Source of the DNA: the human T2T-CHM13v2.0 reference genome, Homo sapiens
Length of the DNA: 64,000 nucleotides
Reading direction: 5' to 3' (one strand)
NCBI RefSeq assembly: GCF_009914755.1
Contig: NC_060933.1
Position 1 is the first letter of the stretch; each line of letters begins with the position of its first letter. The notes beneath the pieces were generated by a model. It had not been told where the DNA came from, ran no database searches, and saw nothing but the letters and a program-made list of their open reading frames with translations. Of this stretch, positions 61,338-64,000 are shown one piece after another. The position numbers and the translations under genes are program-made.

Positions 61338-62394
61338 TCACAGTTTCTTTATCCACTTGTTGACTGATGGGCATTTGGGTTGGTTCCATGATTTTGCAAT
61401 TGTGAATTGTGCTGCTATAAACATGCATATGCAAGTATCTTTTTCGAATAGTGACTTTTCCTCTGGGTAGATACCCAGTAGTGGAATTGGTGGATCAAAT
61501 GGCAGTTCTACTTTTAGTTCTTTAAGGAATCACCACACTGTTTTCCATAGTGGCTGTACTAGTTTATATCCCACCAGCAGTGTAGAAGTGTTCGCTCTTC
61601 GTTGCATCCATGCCAGTATCTACTGGATTTTTTAAATTTTTTTTATTATGTCCATTTTTGCAGAAGTAAGGTGGTATTGCATTGTGGTTTCGATTTGCAT
61701 TTCCCTGATCATTAGTGATGCTGAGCATTTTTCCATATGTCTGTTGGCCATCTGTATCTCTTCTTTTGAGAACTGTCTATTCATGTCCTTAGCCCACTTT
61801 TTCATGAGATTGTTTTTTTCTTACTGATTTGTTTGATTTCATTGTAGATTCTGATATTAGTCCTTTGTCAGTTGTATAGATTGTGAAGATTTTCTCCCAC
61901 TCTGTGGGTTGTCTGTTTACTCTGCTAACTATTCTTTCTGCCATGCAAAAGCTCTTTAGTTTAAGTAAGTCCCAACTATTTATCTTTGTATTTATTGCAT
62001 TTGGTTTTGGGTTCTTGGTCATGAAGTCCTTGCCTAAGCCAGTGTCTAGAAGGGTTTTTCCAATGTTATCTTCTAGAATTTTTATAGTTTCTCCTCTTAG
62101 ATTTAAGTCCTTAATCCATCTTGAGTTGATTTTTGTATAAAGTGAGAGATGAGGATCCAGTTTCATTCTCCTACATGTGGCTAGCCAATTATCCCAGCAC
62201 CATTTGTTGAAAAGGGTGTCCTTTCCCCACTTCATGTTTTGTTTGCTTTGCCAAAGATCAATTGGCTATAAGTATTTGGGTATATTTCTGGGTTCTCTAT
62301 TCTGTTCCATTGGTATATATGCCTATTTTTATACCAGTACTATGCTGTTTTGGTGAGGAACAGCATAGTACAGTTTGAAATCAGATAGTGTGAT

Positions 62395-62767
62395 TGTAGT
62401 AGTCTGTTTTCACACTACTGATAAAGACGTACCTGAGACTGGGCAATTTACAAAAGCAAGAGGTTTAATTGGACTTATAGTTCCAGGTGGCTGGGGAAGC
62501 CTCACAATCATGGCAGAAGGCAAGGAGGAGAAAGTCCTGTTTTACATGGATGGCAACAGGCAAAAAGAGAAGGAGGAAGACACAAAAGCGGAAACCCCTG
62601 GTAAACCATTAGATCTCATGAGACATTCACTACCACAAGAACAGTATGGGGGAAACTGCCCACGTGATTCAATTATCTCCCACCAGACCCCTCCCACAGT
62701 ACATGGGAATTATGGGAGTACAATTCAAGATGAGATTTGGGTGGGGACACAGAGCTGAACCATATCA
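62395..62767 (-). mobile_element. THE1 (THE1B/C-like) solo LTR inserted into L1 ORF2
   Basis: TG...CA ends, THE1 consensus motifs ('gatgagatttgggtggggacacag'), perfect 5-bp TSD GTGAT (62390-62394 / 62768-62772). Confidence 0.92.
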
Positions 62768-64000
62768 GTGATGTCCTCAGAGTTATTATTTTTGCTTAGT
62801 CTTGCTTTAGCTATCTGGGCTCTTTTTTGGTTCCATTTGAACTTTAGAATTGTTCTTTCTAATTCTGTGAAGCATGATGGTGGTATTTTGATGCAGATTG
62901 CATTAAATTTGTAGATTGCTTTTGGCAGTATGGTCATTTTCACAATGTTGATTCTTCCCATCCATGAGCATGGGATGTGTTTCCATTTGTTTGTGTCGTC
63001 TACGATTTCTTTCAGCAGTGTTTTGTAGTTTTCCTTGTAGAGGTCTTTTGCCTCCTTTGTTAGGTATATTCCTAAGTACTTTATTTTTTTGCGGCTATTT
63101 TAAAAGGGGTTGGGTTCTTGATTTGATTCTCCACTGGTCGCTGTTGATGTATGGAAGAGCTACTGATCTGTGTACATTAATCTTGTATCTGGAAACTTTG
63201 CTGAATTCCTTTATCGGTTCTAGGAGATTTCTGGAGGAGTCCTTAGGGTTTTTGAAGTAAATGATCATATCATCAGCAAACAATGATGGTTTGACTCCCT
63301 CTTTGCCAGTTTTGGATAACCTTTATTTCTTTCTCTTCTCTGATTGTTTTGGCAAGGACTTCCAGTACTATGTTGAAGAGGAGTGGTGAGAGTGGGCATC
63401 CTTGTCTTGTTCCAGTTCTCAGAGGGACAGCTTTCAACTTTTCCCCATTCAGTATTACGTTGGCTGTGGGTTTGTCATAGGTGGCTTTTATTACATTAAG
63501 GTATGTCCTTTGTATGCCAATTTTGCTGGGAGTTTTAATCTTAAAGCAATCCTGGATATTGTCCAATGCTTTTTCTGCATCTATTGAGATGAGCATGCGA
63601 TTTCTGTTTCAAATTCTGTTTATGTGGTGTATCACATTTATTGACTCGTGTACGTTAAACTATCCCTGCATCCCTGGTATGAAACCCACTTGATCATGGT
63701 GGATTATCTTTTTGATATGTTGTTGAGTTTGGTTAGCTAGTATTTTGTTAAGGATTTTAGTGTCTGTGTTCATGAGGGGTATCAGTCTGTAGTTTTCTTT
63801 TTTGGTTATGTCCTTTGCTGGTTTTGGTATTAGGGTGATGCTGGCTTCCCAGAATGAATTAGGGAGGGTTCCCTCTTTCTCTATCTTGTGGGATAGTGTC
63901 AAAAGTAATGCTACCAATCCTTTGAGTACCAATTCTGGTAGAATTCTGCTGTGAATACATCTGGTCCTGGACTTTTTCTGTTGGTAATTTTTAAATTACC

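Larger units (their letters stand above)
60914..64000 (-). mobile_element. L1PB-type LINE-1 (3'UTR and disrupted ORF2), continues past the window end
   Basis: L1PB 3' end 'ttggttacatgagtaatttctttagtggtgatttgtgagattttggtgcacccatcacc'. Minus-strand ORF2 fragments include [24 protein letters not shown] and [15 protein letters not shown]. Confidence 0.93.

Noticed and set aside
61789-63932. Reverse-transcriptase-like ORFs
   Set aside because: Broken L1 ORF2 fragments with stops, frameshifts and a THE1 insertion; not an active element or a novel RT system.

Overview
Human genomic DNA covering the 3' two-thirds of the ZNF462 gene (chr9q31; haploinsufficiency causes Weiss-Kruszka syndrome) on the + strand. 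The window opens inside the very large zinc-finger exon (open frame from position 1 to the donor after 4053). Seven more coding exons follow (4819-4983, 6740-6843 with a longer form from 6560, 9797-9915, 13210-13401, 46307-46574, 48438-48574, 58488-58711), all joining in frame with GT-AG boundaries. The gene continues past the window. Exon numbers (3-10) are recalled, not derived from the sequence. The introns, the largest being 32.9 kb, hold mostly old repeats: MIR, L2, L1M/L1PB, a near full-length Tigger1, MER58A, MER20, THE1/MLT1 solo LTRs, three Alu-family copies, an antisense RPL7A processed pseudogene and several microsatellites. No prokaryote-type systems are present. The most interesting signals are in splicing architecture: (i) exon 7 begins with GTGAGC, so the exon 6-7 junction rebuilds a 5' splice site that looks stronger than exon 7's own donor (recursive/re-splicing exon); (ii) an alternative acceptor switches a complete C2H2 finger on or off; (iii) a back-to-back acceptor/6-nt/donor cassette sits in frame inside the giant exon; (iv) a CpG-rich candidate poison exon lies in intron 4.
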